In this document: one piece after another, positions 63,349-64,000 of the stretch | Layout: every line of letters starts with the position of its first letter | Numbering within the stretch: position 1 is the first letter of the stretch | Source: Arenicellales bacterium | GTDB lineage: Bacteria > Pseudomonadota > Gammaproteobacteria > Arenicellales > JAJDZL01 | Length of the DNA stretch: 64,000 bases | Assembly (NCBI GenBank): GCA_963664525.1 | Contig: OY761535.1 | Coordinates: 1,295,314-1,359,313, forward strand | Direction: 5' to 3' | The notes under the pieces: model-generated | What the model was told of the DNA's origin: nothing | Seen by the model: the letters and a program-made list of their open reading frames with translations, nothing else | The model's database searches: none | Program-made: the position numbers and the translations under genes

Positions 63349-64000
63349 ATGCGTAGCCCAAACGTTCTTGTAATTTGTTCTGACGAACACGCCCGTCGCT
63401 ACAGTACATGCTACGGAAATTCCAACGTCCATACCCCGACACTTAATCGTCTGGCAAAGCAATCAACAGTATTCGACAACGCTTATACGCCGTCTCCAAT
63501 ATGCATCCCGGCACGTGCAGCCTTGGCAACGGGTAACCAAGTTCACGAAATTGGATGCTGGTCATCAGCGCAGGCTTACGAAGGACAAACGGAAAGTTGG
63601 ATGCACCGAAGTCGCGAACACGGCAGCACAGTCATGTCATTTGGAAAACTTCATTTCCGTAGTGGTGATGACGATAACGGATTTACTGAGTCAATACTTC
63701 CGATGTACCTGGCGAACAGTGGAGCCGGGTGGCCACACTCATTACTGCGAGACCCATTGCCAGACTATCCTGCAACCCATGAACTCGCCAGCAGAATTGG
63801 AAGTGGGGAAAGCGAGTACACCGAGTATGACCGCAAAGTTACAGCAGCTGCCTGCGATTGGTTGAGCAAACACTCGACAAAGCATCGATCAAAACCCTGG
63901 GTCCTGTTTGTATCGTTTGTCAGCCCGCACTATCCACTGACTGCACCGGATAACTTTTATCAACTCTACCAGAGCAAGAAACTTTTGCCGAAAGTGAAAA
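63349..64000 (+). CDS. Cys-type sulfatase, N-terminal part (runs off window)
   Basis: Not in the ORF track because it is open at the window end. My translation from the ATG at 63349 gives MRSPNVLVICSDEH...HTPTLNRLAKQSTVFDNAYTPSPICIPARAALATG. The CxPxR formylglycine motif and metal-binding D are present. No stop occurs before 64000. Confidence 0.8.
   Translation, partial: MRSPNVLVICSDEHARRYSTCYGNSNVHTPTLNRLAKQSTVFDNAYTPSPICIPARAALATGNQVHEIGCWSSAQAYEGQTESWMHRSREHGSTVMSFGKLHFRSGDDDNGFTESILPMYLANSGAGWPHSLLRDPLPDYPATHELASRIGSGESEYTEYDRKVTAAACDWLSKHSTKHRSKPWVLFVSFVSPHYPLTAPDNFYQLYQSKKLLPKVK

Noticed and set aside
1-64000. CRISPR arrays, tRNA/tmRNA or rRNA genes, prophage structural genes, integrons
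   Set aside because: I found no regularly spaced direct repeats and no GGTTCGAATCC-type T-arm with a matching acceptor stem. I also found no rRNA-like conserved blocks and no integrase with an intact frame. A tRNAscan or Infernal run would be needed to be certain about small RNAs.

Overview
This 64-kb window looks like chromosomal DNA from a marine sulfur-oxidising gammaproteobacterium, though I cannot determine the taxon by eye. All calls rest on reading the supplied translations and the DNA. No searches were run, so family assignments come from motif recognition and start codons are best guesses.

Gene content, left to right:
- 1-3311: a periplasmic Sox operon on the minus strand, soxX-Y-Z-A, a small SoxK-like gene, then soxB (truncated by the window edge). 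No soxCD is present.
- 3513-11345: an ArsR/SoxR-like regulator, followed 21 nt later by one 2,481-aa fully reducing type I PKS (KS-AT-DH-cMT-ER-KR-ACP, no release domain).
- 11404-14268: a periplasmic tandem-thioredoxin protein, a Mug/TDG-like protein and an LplA-like protein. The last two have substitutions at family-defining positions.
- 14370-17709: an SDR, a class-III aminotransferase-fold enzyme and an APH-fold kinase.
- 17710-21900: a degraded mobile mosaic. It holds an orphan P-loop ATPase, an IS1595 transposase pseudogene, higBA plus a 5'-truncated second higB with its orphan higA, and an IS630 remnant.
- 22585-26605: a metabolosome-type bacterial microcompartment (BMC) operon. It encodes an acylating aldehyde dehydrogenase, two tandem-BMC proteins, BMC-H, BMC-P and an unknown protein with an encapsulation-peptide-like helix.
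- 26834-34659: a giant NAD-glutamate dehydrogenase, a frameshifted P450 and a frameshifted Fic gene.
- 35924-41151: an AraC regulator and a Pot-type ABC importer.
- 41293-57454: a complete sHdr-LbpA sulfur-oxidation system. One arm is yeeE-lbpA-lipoate ligase-two radical SAM genes. The other is dsrE3-hdrC1B1A-hyp-hdrC2B2-orf137-lbpA-tusA. A squalene/phytoene-synthase-like gene, a catalytically degenerate GATase1-like gene and an amidase sit between the arms.
- 57578-59323: a stand-alone OLD-like ABC-ATPase/Toprim gene in AT-rich DNA.
- 59822-62938: a His/Arg/Lys-type ABC transporter.
- 63349 onward: the start of a Cys-type sulfatase.

I recognised no rRNA, tRNA or CRISPR.

The most interesting hypotheses:
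1. The SDR/aminotransferase/kinase triad and the AldDH-BMC operon together resemble the actinobacterial RMM amino-alcohol microcompartment. Here it sits in a sulfur-oxidising proteobacterium and is split by mobile DNA.
2. The fungal-like highly reducing PKS appears wired to a Sox-linked ArsR regulator.
3. The sHdr neighbourhood contains several uncharacterised or degenerate accessory genes.
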